NCBI RefSeq assembly: GCF_964213995.1
Contig: NC_135810.1
Location: forward strand, 56,730,001 to 56,794,000
DNA from: Mustelus asterias
Taxonomy: Eukaryota
DNA: 64,000 nucleotides
Reading direction: 5' to 3'
The notes beneath the pieces are model-generated. The model made no database searches and was not told the origin of the DNA. It saw nothing but the letters and a program-made list of their open reading frames with translations. How positions within the stretch are numbered: the stretch's first letter is position 1; each line of letters starts with the position of its first letter. The position numbers and the translations under genes were made by a program. Below are positions 25,230 to 36,599 of this stretch, in pieces.

Positions 25230-26850
25230 AATAAATTCTGCAAAATATTTTGCTACATGTAGAGGAATGTGAAGAAAAACATTATACTGGTTGAAGAAAA
25301 AAGGTTTTGCTAAGGTAGCACCAGTCCTAAAAATCAATTTTCTTTAGCTGCTGTTATATCAAAGTTGCTGATCACCGTATATGCCATACGGTGTGGTTAT
25401 CCGGCCTTTAATATGTGTAAACTCCTAAAAAACAAAAAACAAAGCAGTCAAAGTTTGTCTTTAAAACAGCATCTAGGTTGCTCAAATAAATCATGTTTCC
25501 ACAACTTCTACAACAAAATATTTTAAGTACCACAAGCATAACAAATATTAAAAGGAAATTAATTACACCAACAGCAAATATTATAATCCTTAAAACCGCT
25601 CTTGGTGAGAGTTGCAAACATGTGAAGATACACATGTTAAGTTCCATAGCTTTTTAGTAAAAGTTGGTCACTTCGGTAAATATATTTGCTCATTGTTTTG
25701 GCTGAACTTTAATGTAAAACCTTTTGGTACAATTTCTTCAAGTGTGGTCCTTCTTTTGGACATCTATGCAAAGGTTAATGTTTTCCTACTGGAAAACATA
25801 TTGTAAGCCAAAATAAAATGTGCAAATACCAGATCTAAATTGATTTTCTTGGGTAATATTTAAGTTTTCTTATTTGTTATTTATACCTAACAGGGGAAGG
25901 AAATTCCCCATACTGGACCTGGTATTGGGGAATGAGCTCGGCCAGGTGGTCGATGTTTCAGTAGGGGAGCAGTTCGGGAACAGTGACCACAATTCAGTAA
26001 GCTTTAAGGTACTGATGGATAAAGATAAGTGTACTCCTCAAGTTAAGGTGCTAAATTGGGGGAAGGCTAATTACAACAATATTAGGCAGGAACTAAAGAA
26101 TGTAGATTGGGGGCAGATGTTTGAGGGCAAATCAACATCTGGTACGTGAGAGGCTTTCAAGTGTACGTTGCTAGGGATTCAGGACAGGCACATTCCTGTA
26201 AGGATGAAGGATAAGTATGGCAAGTTTTGGGAACCTTGGATAACGAGAGATATTGTGAGCCTCGTCAAAGAGAAAAAGGAAGCATTTGTCAAAGCTAGGA
26301 TGCTGGGAACACACGAAGCAAGTTTGGAATACAAGGAAAGTAGAAAGAAACTTAAGCAAGGTGTAAGAAGGGCTAAAAAGGGGTCATGAAAAAGCATAGG
26401 CCAGCAGGAATAAGGAAAATCCCAAGGCTTTTTATAATGTATAAAGAGCAAGAGGGTAGCCAGGGAGAGGGTTGGCCCACTCAAGGACAAGGGAGAGAAA
26501 CTATGCGTGGAGCCAGAGGAAATGGGGGCGAGGTATTAAATGAATACTTTGCATCAGTATTCACCAAAGAGAAGGACTTAGTGGATGATGAGTCTGAGAA
26601 AGGAAGTGTAGATAGTTTGAGTCATGTTGAGATCAAAAAGGTGGTATTGGGGTTCTTGAGAAACATTAAGGTAGACAAGTCCCCAGGGCCTCATGGGATA
26701 TACCCCAGAATACTGAGAGAGGCAAGGGAAGAAATTGCTGGGGCCTTGAAAGAAATCTTTGTATCCTCACTGGTTACAGGGAAGGTAAACACAGTAAGAA
26801 GTCTCACAACACCAGGTTAAAGTCCAACAGGTTTATTTGGTAGCAAAAGC

Positions 26851-26887
26851 CACTAGCTTTCGGAACAGGATGTCCCTTCGTCAGATG
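26851..26887 (-). ncRNA. Minimal type-I hammerhead ribozyme motif (Penelope-associated)
   Basis: CAU-CUGACGA-A-GGGAC(AUCCU)GUUCC-GAAA-GC-UA-GUG: intact core, 5-bp stem II, 3-bp stem I, palindromic AGCU in place of stem III. Confidence 0.65.
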
Positions 26888-27261
26888 GGTGGGAGATCAC
26901 GGGCATTCGGCCTCTGATCTTCGGGTAAGCTTTCTCCAAGGCGGCCTTCACGACACACGACAGCGCAGAGTCGCTGAGCAGAGACTGATAGCCAAGTTCC
27001 GCACACATGAGGACGGCCTCAACTGGAATCTTGGGTTCATGTCACACTGTCTGTAACCCCCACGACTTGCCTGGGCTTGCTAAATCTCACTAACTGTCCT
27101 GGCTGGAGACAATACACATCTCTTTAACCTGTGCTTAACCCTCTCTCCACTCACATTGTACCTTTAAGACTTGATTGCCTGTAAAGACTCGCATTCCAAC
27201 CATTATTTTGTAAATTGAATTTGTGTCTTTATATGCCCTGTTTGTGAACTGAAATCCCACT

Positions 27262-27296
27262 CACCTGATGAAGGAGCTGCGCTTCGCAAGCTAGTG
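27262..27296 (+). ncRNA. Hammerhead motif, probably inactivated (GAAA->GCAA)
   Basis: CAC-CUGAUGA-A-GGAGC(UGC)GCUUC-GCAA-GC-UA-GUG. Confidence 0.5.
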
Positions 27297-27645
27297 GTTT
27301 TTGCTACCAAATAAACCTGTTGGACTTTAACCTGGTGTTGTGAGACTTCCTACTGTGTTTACCCTAGTCCAACGCCAGCATCTCCACATTACAGGGGAGG
27401 TCCCAGAGGATTGGAGAATAGTCAATGTTGTTCCTTTGTTTAAGAAGGGTAGCAAGAATAATCCAGGTAATTACAGGCCACTGAGCCTTACATCAGTGGT
27501 AGGGAAATTATTGGAGAGGATTCTTCGACACAGGATTTATTCCCACTTGGAAATAAGTGGACGTATTAGAGAGAGGCAACATGGTTTTGTGAAGGGGAGG
27601 TTGTGTCTCACGAACTTGATTGAGTTTTTCGAGGAAGTGCTGAAT

Positions 27646-27772
27646 TTGTGGGAGGAAACCCACGCAGACGCGGAGAAGACATGCAGACTCCATACACTCA
27701 GTGACCCAAGCCGAGAATCAAACCCAGGCTCCTGGCGCTGTGGGGCAGCAGTGCTAACCATTGTGCCACCAT
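27646..27772 (-). mobile_element. V-SINE 5' fragment
   Basis: tRNA head and part of the V core, fused to the CR1 fragment. Confidence 0.8.
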
Positions 27773-27899
27773 GAAGGATTTGATATAAGCCATGTTGTAC
27801 AAGCCATGTAGGATTTGATATTACATAACAATAACTTGATGTGGGGAACTGGGTTCTTTACATTAGCTTCATCCACTGCACTAAATTTCACACAGATTG

Positions 27900-28295
27900 A
27901 TGCTTAAATCTCTTCTCAGTTCACTACAAAGAAGCACAACCCCTATTTCTAGACTCCCCCACCATTGGGAACGTTCTTCTGAATCTACCCTGTCTAATCC
28001 TGTTAGAATTTTATAAGTTTATGAGATCCCCTCTCGCTCTTCTAAACTTCAATGAATATAATCCGAACCAACTTAGGCTCCCTTCACATGACAGTCCTGC
28101 CATCCTAGGAATCAGCCTGATAAAGCTTCGCTGCAGTCCCCCCTCCATAGCAAGAAAATTCTTCCTCAGATAAGAACACCTAAACTGCACACAATACTTG
28201 AGGTATGGCCTCACTAATGCCCTACACAATTGCAGTAAAACATCTGTATTCCTATTCTCAAATTCTCTCGCTATGAAAGCCAACATACTATTTGC
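27900..28295 (-). mobile_element. CR1 LINE 3' fragment
   Basis: ANSMLAFIAREFE...LLQLCRALVRPYLKYCVQF...RARGDLI. Confidence 0.8.
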
Positions 28296-29650
28296 CCTTG
28301 AGGAGGTGGTGAGCTGCCTTCTTAAACTGCTGCAGTCTCTGAGATGTAGGTACATCTATGGTGGTGTTAGGGAGTGCATTTCAGGATTTTGTCCAGTGAC
28401 TGTGAAAGAATGGTGATATATTTCCAAGTCAAGATGGAGACCCTCCAGGTGGTCGTGTTTCTAGGCATTTGGTGCTCCGGTCCTTCTAGATGGTCATGGG
28501 TGCTGCCTAAGGAACCCTGATGAGTTCCTGCAGTGGATTTTGTAGATGATGCACACAGTTGGCACTGTTTGGTGGTGCAGGGATTGGATGTCTGTGGAAG
28601 GGGTTGCAATCAAGTGGGCTGCTTTGTTCTGGATAGTATCAAGTTTCTGGAGTGTTCATGGAGCTGCACTCATCCAAAGTGGAGAATATCCCATCATTGT
28701 GCCTTGTAGGTAGTGGACAGGCTTTGGGGAGTCAGGAGGTGAGTTACTTCCTGTAGGATTCCTAGCCATTGACCTGCTCTCGCAGCCACAATATTTATAT
28801 GGCTAGTCATGTTCAGTTTCTGGTCGATTGTAGCCCCTAAGATGTCAACAGTGGGGATTCAGCGATGATAATCCATTGTACGTCATGGGGTGATGGCTAG
28901 ATCGTCTCTTGTTGGAGATGATCATTGCCTGGCATGTGTGGCACAAATGTTTCTTGTGAACATTGTGCAGTCATCTATGAACATCCCCAATTCTGACCTT
29001 ATGATGGAAGGTCACTGATGAAGCAGCTGAAGATGGATGGGCCTAGGACACTACCCTGAGGAGCCATTGCAGTGATGTCCTGGAGCTGAGATTGATCTCC
29101 ACCCACAACAACCATATTCCTTTGTGCCAGGTATGACTCCAACCAGCAGAGATTTTTCTCGGATTCCCATTGACTCCAATTTTGCTAGGGCCCCTTGATG
29201 CCATACTAGATCAAAATTTGCCTTGATGTCAAGGGCAGTCACTACCACCTCTCCCATTTAGCTCTTTTGTCCATCTTTAAAAGGCTGTAATGGAAGTCAG
29301 TAACTGAGTGCCCTAGCAGAATCCAAACTGAGCATCTGTGAGCAGGTTATTGCCAAGTAAGTGCCACTCAATAGTGCTGTTAATGATCCCTTCCATCATT
29401 TTGCTGGTGATTGAGAGTAGACTGATGGGGCAGTAATTGGCTGTGTTCGATTTGTCCTATTTTTTGTGTACAGGAGATACCAGACAATTTTCCACATTGC
29501 TGGGTAGATGCTTGTGTTGTAGCTGTACTGGAACATCCTGGCTAGGGGCGTGGCAAGTTCTGGAGCACAAGTCCTCACAACTATTGCCGGAATATTGTCA
29601 GGTCCCATAGCTTTGCAGCATCAAGCGCCTTCAGCCATTACTTGATATCC
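28295..29650 (-). mobile_element. CR1-group LINE (Zenon/L2-like family) RT fragment
   Basis: MGPDNIPAIVVRTCAPELATPL..., ALDIKANFDLVWHQG; same family as 48036-49625 and 61200-62110. Confidence 0.8.
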
Positions 29651-30699
29651 AGTGGATGCGATGTCACAGCTAATGAAGACCTCTATCATTGTTAACAGCT
29701 TTACTTCTTCTGGCACATTCCCTCAAAATAATCCAGCAAGTCAATTGGTGAAAGATAGAGCTGGAGCCAATCTTTATTCTTTTAGAAACATTTTACAGAG
29801 ATACACATAACCAACATGCACCTCCTAATCCAACAACCAGAGTTTTGGTCTGTTTCTATTTATAGGACAAGTCAGCCCCTTTTCAATAAAACAGTATTGT
29901 TTCTCTCTGCCCCATGAGGGTAAATCTTAAAGTGTGTTTTTAAAGTCCCTCACTCAATATTCTGAATATAATCAAATGGACTTTCAATAGCAAAGCACCC
30001 ACTGGCAACCCCTTGGTCTTTTACTCTCCATAAGCCTCGTTTATTCAAATTGGGTATCTGTCCTCACCAGCATTCTGCTTGGTGCTTAACCCAAGAACCG
30101 GCCTCTTCTTCTGCCTAGCGTAACAGCACCTATTCAGTCAGCTTCTCCAAAACTCTGAATTTGTATGCAGCGAGACCTTCATGCTCAGGTGTTAAACCTT
30201 GTACCTTACTTTCAATAAGCTTCAGCTTGAGTTTGGCTCCATAACAAGCAGGTCACATGGGTTTGTCTCCCAGCAGCTTTAGTTATGAGGTCACATTGGT
30301 TTGTCTCCAAACTACTCCACTTTACCTTGCATTAAAGACAATTTAAAACATAACTGTCCTATAAAGTTCAGCATTTATGACACACTGCAACTTACTTACC
30401 AATAGTTCTCTGTCTCCAATGCCCTTTCATCAGCACTTTCCCAGAGATTACATTTTTTAAAATGAATAACTAAAACAATTAATCTGAACAGATCTTAATA
30501 AACTAAGTCACATGAAAACAGTGCAGGTCTGTATTTTTCAACTTGACAAAAGTATTTGAATTTCCAAAGCCAATTAAGCAAATCATCAACTGAACCCACA
30601 ATGCCAGTAGCAGACAGCACAAAAGAGGGAGGCTGGTCAGCCATCTGTGGGCGAAAACTAACTACCTGAAGAAGCAATGCCAGAGAAGACTTGGGTCAT

Positions 30700-31580
30700 C
30701 CTAGTAGGTGGTCGCTAAAATATACATGGATTTGATGGGAACCCCATGCCAATAGTCCTCGAGATAACTGGTGTTCATTTTTTCCACTCCGGTGCTTTCT
30801 AGGGTTCCATGGGTGGCAGAGTCATATATGTAGCATATCACAGATCTGACCAATGCCATCTCAGATCATACAAATTAATTCATCAAGTACTCCACAGATG
30901 AGAAGTCAGGCAGCAATGGCATTGGGCTTCATAGCCATCGTTCATTTCCCTGGAATGCAAGGAAGAGATTGACTGCACTCATGTAGCCATTAGAACTGCC
31001 TGGGACCAACGAGTGACATTTGTTAAAGACAACTGCTTTTACTCTTTGCATATGCAACTGGTCTGCAGTCACAAGCAAGTCTGTGCTCAATTCCCAGGGA
31101 ACTCTCATGCAGGTCCCAGAGCTTGCTTAGGTGGCAGTCTTGGCTGACAGGAGCTAACCCCTCTGAACCTGGTTGATGACATGTGTGAGGTATCCGAGAG
31201 TGCAGCAGAACAGTACTACATTATAGTCCATGCCTCCACCAGAGCCATTATCAAACAGACCCACTGGCTTGCTTCTGCTGCCTTGAATGATGTGGGGGAA
31301 CTCTGTAGTATGTACCATGATGAGTTTAATGAATAGTCATGATCTGCTGTATACTGCACAACATGGCCATGCAACGTGGAGAACTGTTGCTCCAAGACAA
31401 GCGAGAAAAGCAGCACTTCTCCTCAGATGCAGCTGAATTGGATGTGCCCGAAGAGAAAGCCATGAATTTGCAGGAACCTTTACTGGGTGCCTGTGCCATG
31501 GAGAGAAGTGCACAGGAAGCAAGGAGAATAACCAAATCTCCACCAGATTCACCCAAGAGTGAGACACCGATATGACATGG
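30700..31580 (+). pseudogene. PIF/Harbinger DDE transposase (HARBI1-like) remnant
   Basis: Fragments FPGMQG-IDCTHVAI, FYSLHMQLVC, VCAQFPGNSH, LADRS*PL*TWLMT, HASTRAIIKQT, ICCILHNMAMQRG in the correct order with stops and frameshifts. Confidence 0.85.
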
Positions 31581-32248
31581 CCCTATCACCAGAACTCCAC
31601 TACCTGCATGAAATGTAGACTAATCCATGTCAGACTCTCTGAGGGAGCTACCTCTAAATCTGCTTCTTCTGCCACCTAAAAGAGCAAGAGTGGAGCTTTG
31701 TCTCACACAAATGAAAACTGGCCCAAACAATATCTGTGTTGTACTTGAGCATATGTCAATCAGCCTATCATGATCAAGAAATCTGATCCTGCACCATCCT
31801 TACAGGACTGCCACATTTCAATTATCCCTGCTGAATGATCTTGAATGATCTCCTTTACAATGCACAGATGTAAGGTCCAGTTAAGCCTGCAATTTCAAAA
31901 ATGTTCCAGACTGGCAAGTACAAAACTGGATAGCAATATGACAATTCCATAGAGTGAATGCAAACACAAGCCACTTCCTTCACAATAAAGAAAGTCTCCA
32001 TCTCGCTGGTAAACATCAATGCACGTCAACCATGAGACATTCCAGGATATTTAGCTTTCTGACTAAACTGGCCACAACAAATGACAAGGATGTACACATG
32101 AAAAGTGGAAACAACGTAAAGTGAAATATTTAACATTTAAACTGAAAAACACCACTGCCACATTTGTGATATCAATATAGCCTTATGTCTTGGTGTAACC
32201 CAAACATCAGCTGCGGAGATTGATGCAGCCTGCACAGTGTGCTGTACT

Positions 32249-33208
32249 ACAAAGAACAATACAGCACAGGAACAGGCCCTTTGGCCCTCCAAGCCCGTGC
32301 CGTTCCTTGGTCCAAACGAGACCATTCTTTTGTAACCCTCCATTCCCACTCCATCCATGTGGCTATCTAGATAAGTCTTAAACGTTCCCAGTGTGTCCGC
32401 CTCCACCACCTTGCCCGGCAGCGCATTCCAGGCCCCCACCACCCTCTGCGTAAAATACGTCCTTCTGATATCAGTGCTAAACCTCCCCCCCCCTCACCTT
32501 GAACCTATGACCCCTCGTGAACGTCACCACCGACCTGGGAAAAAGCTTCCCACCATTCACCCTATCTATGCCTTTCATAATTTTATACACCTCTATTAGG
32601 TCACCCCTCATCCTCCGTCTTTCCAAGGAGAACAACCCCAGTTTACCCAATCTCTCCTCATAACTAAGTCCTTCCATACCAGGCAACATCCTGGTAAACC
32701 TCCTCTGCACTCTCTCTAAAGCCTCCACGTCCTTCTGGTAGCGTGGCGACCAGAACTGGGCGCAGTATTCCAAATGCAGCCGAACCAACGTTCTATACAA
32801 CTGCAACATCAGACCCCAACTTTTATACTCTATGCCCCGTCCTATAAAGGCAAGCATGCCATATGCCTTATTCACTACCTTCTCCACCTGTGACGCCATC
32901 TTCAAGGATCTGTGGACTTGCACACCCAGGTCCCTCTGCGTATCTACACCCTTTATGGTTCTGCCATTTATCGTATAGCTCCCCCCTACGTTAGTTCTAC
33001 CAAAATGCATCACTTCGCATTTATCTGGATTGAACTCCATCTGCCATTTCTTTGCCCAAATTTCCAGCCTATCTATATCCTTCTGTAGCCTCTGACAATG
33101 TTCCTCACTATCTGCAAGTCCAGCCGTTTTCGTGTCGTCCGCAAACTTACTGATCACCCCAGTTACACCTTCTTCCAGATCGTTTATCTAAATCACAAAC
33201 AGCAGAGG
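32249..33208 (-). mobile_element. Young 5'-truncated CR1 LINE inserted in the Harbinger fossil
   Basis: Intact 226-aa RT C-terminus ISKFADDTK...WQMEFNPDKC...HLEYCAQFWSP; CpG still retained. Confidence 0.92.
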
Positions 33209-33289
33209 TACAGTTGTCTTTGCTGACTATAGCGGGTGCCCTCTGGGGGTCCAAGGACTTCAGGATTCTGGCCAAATGGGATCTCCTGC

Positions 33290-34517
33290 ACTGGGTGCAA
33301 GGACATCCTCATTGGCTCCGGGGACTGGAGGTAATGGTGTCAAAAGCAGAAGATAAAGATTTGCCAGTCACCTTGGTAGTGCCCTGAAAGGCCAGGGTGC
33401 CAACTGGCACATATTCTTCCTTCATTTGGGTGTGCAATGGCACCTCCCTGTCTCCCAGAGAAGGGGTACCTGGAGGAAGATCTAAGAACCTTGTCCCCCT
33501 CTGACCTAGCCACTGCAGTACTGAGCCCATGGATTGGGCAAAGGAATGCAGGTTAAAGTGCTTCTGAATCAAGTACTCGCACAGATCTCCATGATGGTTG
33601 CCATCCTCTCCCTGGAAGACTCAATGCGCTCACATGCCTGGGGCATGGGAGAACTCTTGACTTGCATAGAACCCTCCATTTCCCGTGCAAAGCGGCACAT
33701 AATCTCTGGCCAAATGTTTCTCTATGTTACGCTGCATCTCCAGCAGGCTTCTTGTGGCTGCAACCAAAGGCATATCATTGGCATGGGGCTCAGCAGGGGC
33801 CTGCTCCTCAGCAGTCCTCAAGAGTGTCAGGAGAGCCAGCTGTCACATTCTTCCTCAGTTGCTGAGAGGTGTCTGTGCTTTGATCACCAGAATGTGATCT
33901 CAATTCTAAATGCGATTCCTCCGCAACCCATGTGGGTGTATCTGTGCTGGCAAAAGCTGTGGAAAAGGTAAGGGATGTTGCATCCTCTGGGGACTGCTGG
34001 GGAGCAGACTCCTGCTGAGCCCCATGCCAATGATGTGCCTTTGGTTGCAGCCACAAGAAGCCTGCTGGAGATGCAGCGTAACATAGGGTAACATTTGGCC
34101 AGAGATTATGTGCAGCTTTGCACGGGAAATGGAGGGTTCTATGCAAGTCAAGAGTTCTCCCATGCCCCAGGCATGTGAGCGCATTGATTCTTCCAGGGAC
34201 AGGATGGCAACCATCATGGAGATCCGTGCCAGTACTTGATTCAGAAGCACTTTAACCTGCATTCCTTTGCCCAAGCCATGGGCTCAGTACTGCAGTGGCT
34301 AGGTCAGAGGGGAACAAGGTTCTTAGATCTTCCTCCAGGTGCTCCTTCTCTGGGAGACAGGGAGGTGCCATTGCACACCCAAATGAAGGAAGAATATGTG
34401 CCAGTTGGCACCTTGGCCTCTCGGGGCACCACCAAGGTGACTGGCAAATCTTTATCTTCTGCTGTTGACACCATTGCCTCCAGTCCCTGGAGCCAATGAG
34501 GATGTCCTTGCACCAGT
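33290..34517. repeat. Large inverted repeat, ~535-bp arms (33290-33824 / 33985-34517), 160-bp spacer
   Basis: Mirror ORFs 33309-33572(-) and 34236-34499(+) differ at 7 of 87 residues; arms align by eye along their whole length. Confidence 0.95.
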
Positions 34518-34689
34518 ATTTGTTCAGAAGTGGAATTTTGAGGTCCCTGCTCTGGCTGTGGCATAGCCTTGACATCATGAGGCTCTGTAGTGGACAGCAA
34601 AAGGGATCACAATAAGGATCATCACAGTGTGAGCGTGATGCATATGCTCGTATGTACCCATATACCAGCACAAGGTTGGATGCATTGTT

Positions 34690-35320
34690 AGACTTGTACT
34701 GGATCATTCCAGCCTCTCTCTCTGTGACTACTTGTCCTCCCTCCTCTCTTGCAAGCTGCAGAGCCTCCTCCTCTGCAGAGATGAGAACCTTCATTTCTGG
34801 AACTACACCTCTGGTTGTTCACCTCTCCTTCACGATGTTAGTCTTACTGTCCTTCATAACAACATGCAGAGTTAGTGACATGTCAAGTGACACCTTATCT
34901 CCTTGTATACAGGCATCCCCATCACACAAATACTGGCCTGTCAGTCACACGTTGCATTCAAGAGCGCACACAACCTAAACTTTCACATGCTTTCGCCTCA
35001 ATTGTAATGTTACACTGAAGCTGATCACAAATTCACCACTTGGCATTGCTGTCCAATCAAATATAAATGAATGGATGACTCCACGAGAGACTCTTTGGTA
35101 AGATGCAACCCTGACACCTGTGGATTGACCTGTTACTTGCACCAGACCCAGGTTCTTGAATGGACCCTATGGTTGCTTACTCCCGCTGTGACTCTGTGCT
35201 CAGGAAGGAGGGTCCTCTGTTGCCTTCCACTGGAAAGAGCACCTCCTCTCATTCCCTGACTGCCTGAGCAGGGAGGTAATAGAGTAATAAAAATTGTGGG
35301 GCCCATTGCTGTCCAACTTC
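34690..35320 (-). pseudogene. Harbinger Myb/SANT-like second gene remnant (exons 1-2)
   Basis: APQF..., QAVRE*EEVLFP, VTAGVSNHRVHSRTWVWCK; second block MKVLISAEEEALQLA; convergent with the transposase at 30.7 kb. Confidence 0.7.
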
Positions 35321-35394
35321 AGAAAGCAGCTTGGGTGTGGTGCAGGCCAAGACTTGCTGCACCCCAAAAATTTCAGAAATCACTTTAATCAAGG

Positions 35395-35793
35395 TTGTGA
35401 ATGTAACCCAATCCATCACACAAACCAGCCTCTCATCCATTGACTTTGTCTACACTTCCCGCTACCTCGAAAAAGCAGCCAGCATAATTAAGGACCCCAC
35501 GCACCCCAGACATTCTCTCTTCCACCTTCTTCCTTCAGGAAAAAGATACAAAAGTCTGAGGTCACGTACCAACCGACTCAAGAACAGCTCCTTCTCTGCT
35601 GCTGTCAGACTTTTGAATGGACTTACCTTGCATTTAGTTGATCTTTCTCTGCACCCTAGCTATGACTGTAACACTACATTCTGCACTTTCTCGTTCCCTT
35701 CTCTATGAACGCTATGTTTTGTCTGTATAGCGTGCAAGAAACAATACTTTTCACTGTATGTTAATACATGTGACAATAATAAATCAAATCAAA
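35395..35793 (+). mobile_element. Rex1/Babar 3' fragment
   Basis: Homologous to ~1090-1460 (KAASIIKDPTHP.HSLFHLLPSG.RY...RLKNS); AATAAATCAAATC tail. Confidence 0.88.
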
Positions 35794-36599
35794 TTAGCAA
35801 AAGTTGGGTAGGAAAGTTGTGGCCATGATGCAGCCCCTCCATTTGTCCAGGAGGCTCTTTTATTGACCATTCATATCTGCTACATTTTCAGCTAACAGTG
35901 TGTTTTACGAATGGAAAGTTTTGCCATGTGATCAAAGGTATTGCCTGTGCCTGCTGCCAGCACTTTAAATTTGACCAAAAATAGTGTGGGAGCCAGCTGA
36001 GGGGAAAAAGTGCTCACCAATTCTGGTTCCACAGGTAAGAATGGTGTGCCTTTGATAAAATACCACCCAGATACTGCCTGAGTATTTGCAGCACTTTCTA
36101 TTATGCACTACATCATTGATTAAAAGTTGTCAAAGAAATGCAGTTTCAACAAATACTGCAGTTAACTATGCAAATTCAGTATTAAAAAACAGCACTGCAA
36201 AATACCTTAATTTAGGCAAAATAATGCATTTTTAAAATAATTTTCTGCTTTGCGATTTACCTATTAAATTTTATAGATCCATCTTTTCATATAAAGCAGG
36301 TAGTCAACCTCATCTATAAAAATAGTTGAATAAACGTTACTGTGATTCAGACTCCATCCATACTAACTGTACGTTTTTCTTAGAACTTTGCAATTGTGAA
36401 ATTTCCAGAGGTGGAGCCGCATCTTTCATTTGGGTACCAAACAAAAACTACTGGAGTACAAAGGGAGTGTTTGACTTATTGGTTAACGAGGGGGGAAAAA
36501 CATAAAGAATGTGTTGCTCGGATCGGACATGCTTAAAAAAGTTTTCTTCAACTGACCCATCGGGTTCCACTTGCTACCTGAAGGAAATATTCCACAAGA

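Larger units (their letters stand above)
26783..27388 (+). mobile_element. Short Penelope-like element with inverted terminal copy (tail-to-tail pLTR), GIY-YIG C-terminus and hammerhead motifs
   Basis: Inverted repeat ~26784-26895 / ~27255-27363; internal frame GHSASDLRVSFLQGGLHDTRQRRVAEQRLIAKFRTHEDGLNWNLGFMSHCL*; TTACAGGG duplicated at 26774-26781 and 27389-27396. Confidence 0.85.
25893..27640 (+). mobile_element. CR1 LINE ORF2 fragment (EN C-term to RT start), interrupted by a Penelope element
   Basis: ILDLVLGNE...SDHNSV; LNEYFASVFT; DKSPGP.GIYPRILRE; VPEDWRIVNVVPLFKKG...NYRPLSLTS...QHGFVKGR. Confidence 0.9.

Noticed and set aside
25230-25337. N-terminal 36 aa of the 1147-aa ORF call
   Set aside because: Starts at TTG; the first ATG with a good Kozak context is at 25229
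30400-30666. Possible extra minus-strand exon (donor TTG|GTAAGT at 30400); similar donors near 20507 and 17482
   Set aside because: Acceptor ambiguous and no coding signal; cannot be supported without transcripts
30700-31580. Domesticated HARBI1 gene
   Set aside because: Many stops and frameshifts; a transposon fossil
33309-34600. Duplicated small ORFs as a gene pair
   Set aside because: Products of the inverted duplication of decayed transposon sequence
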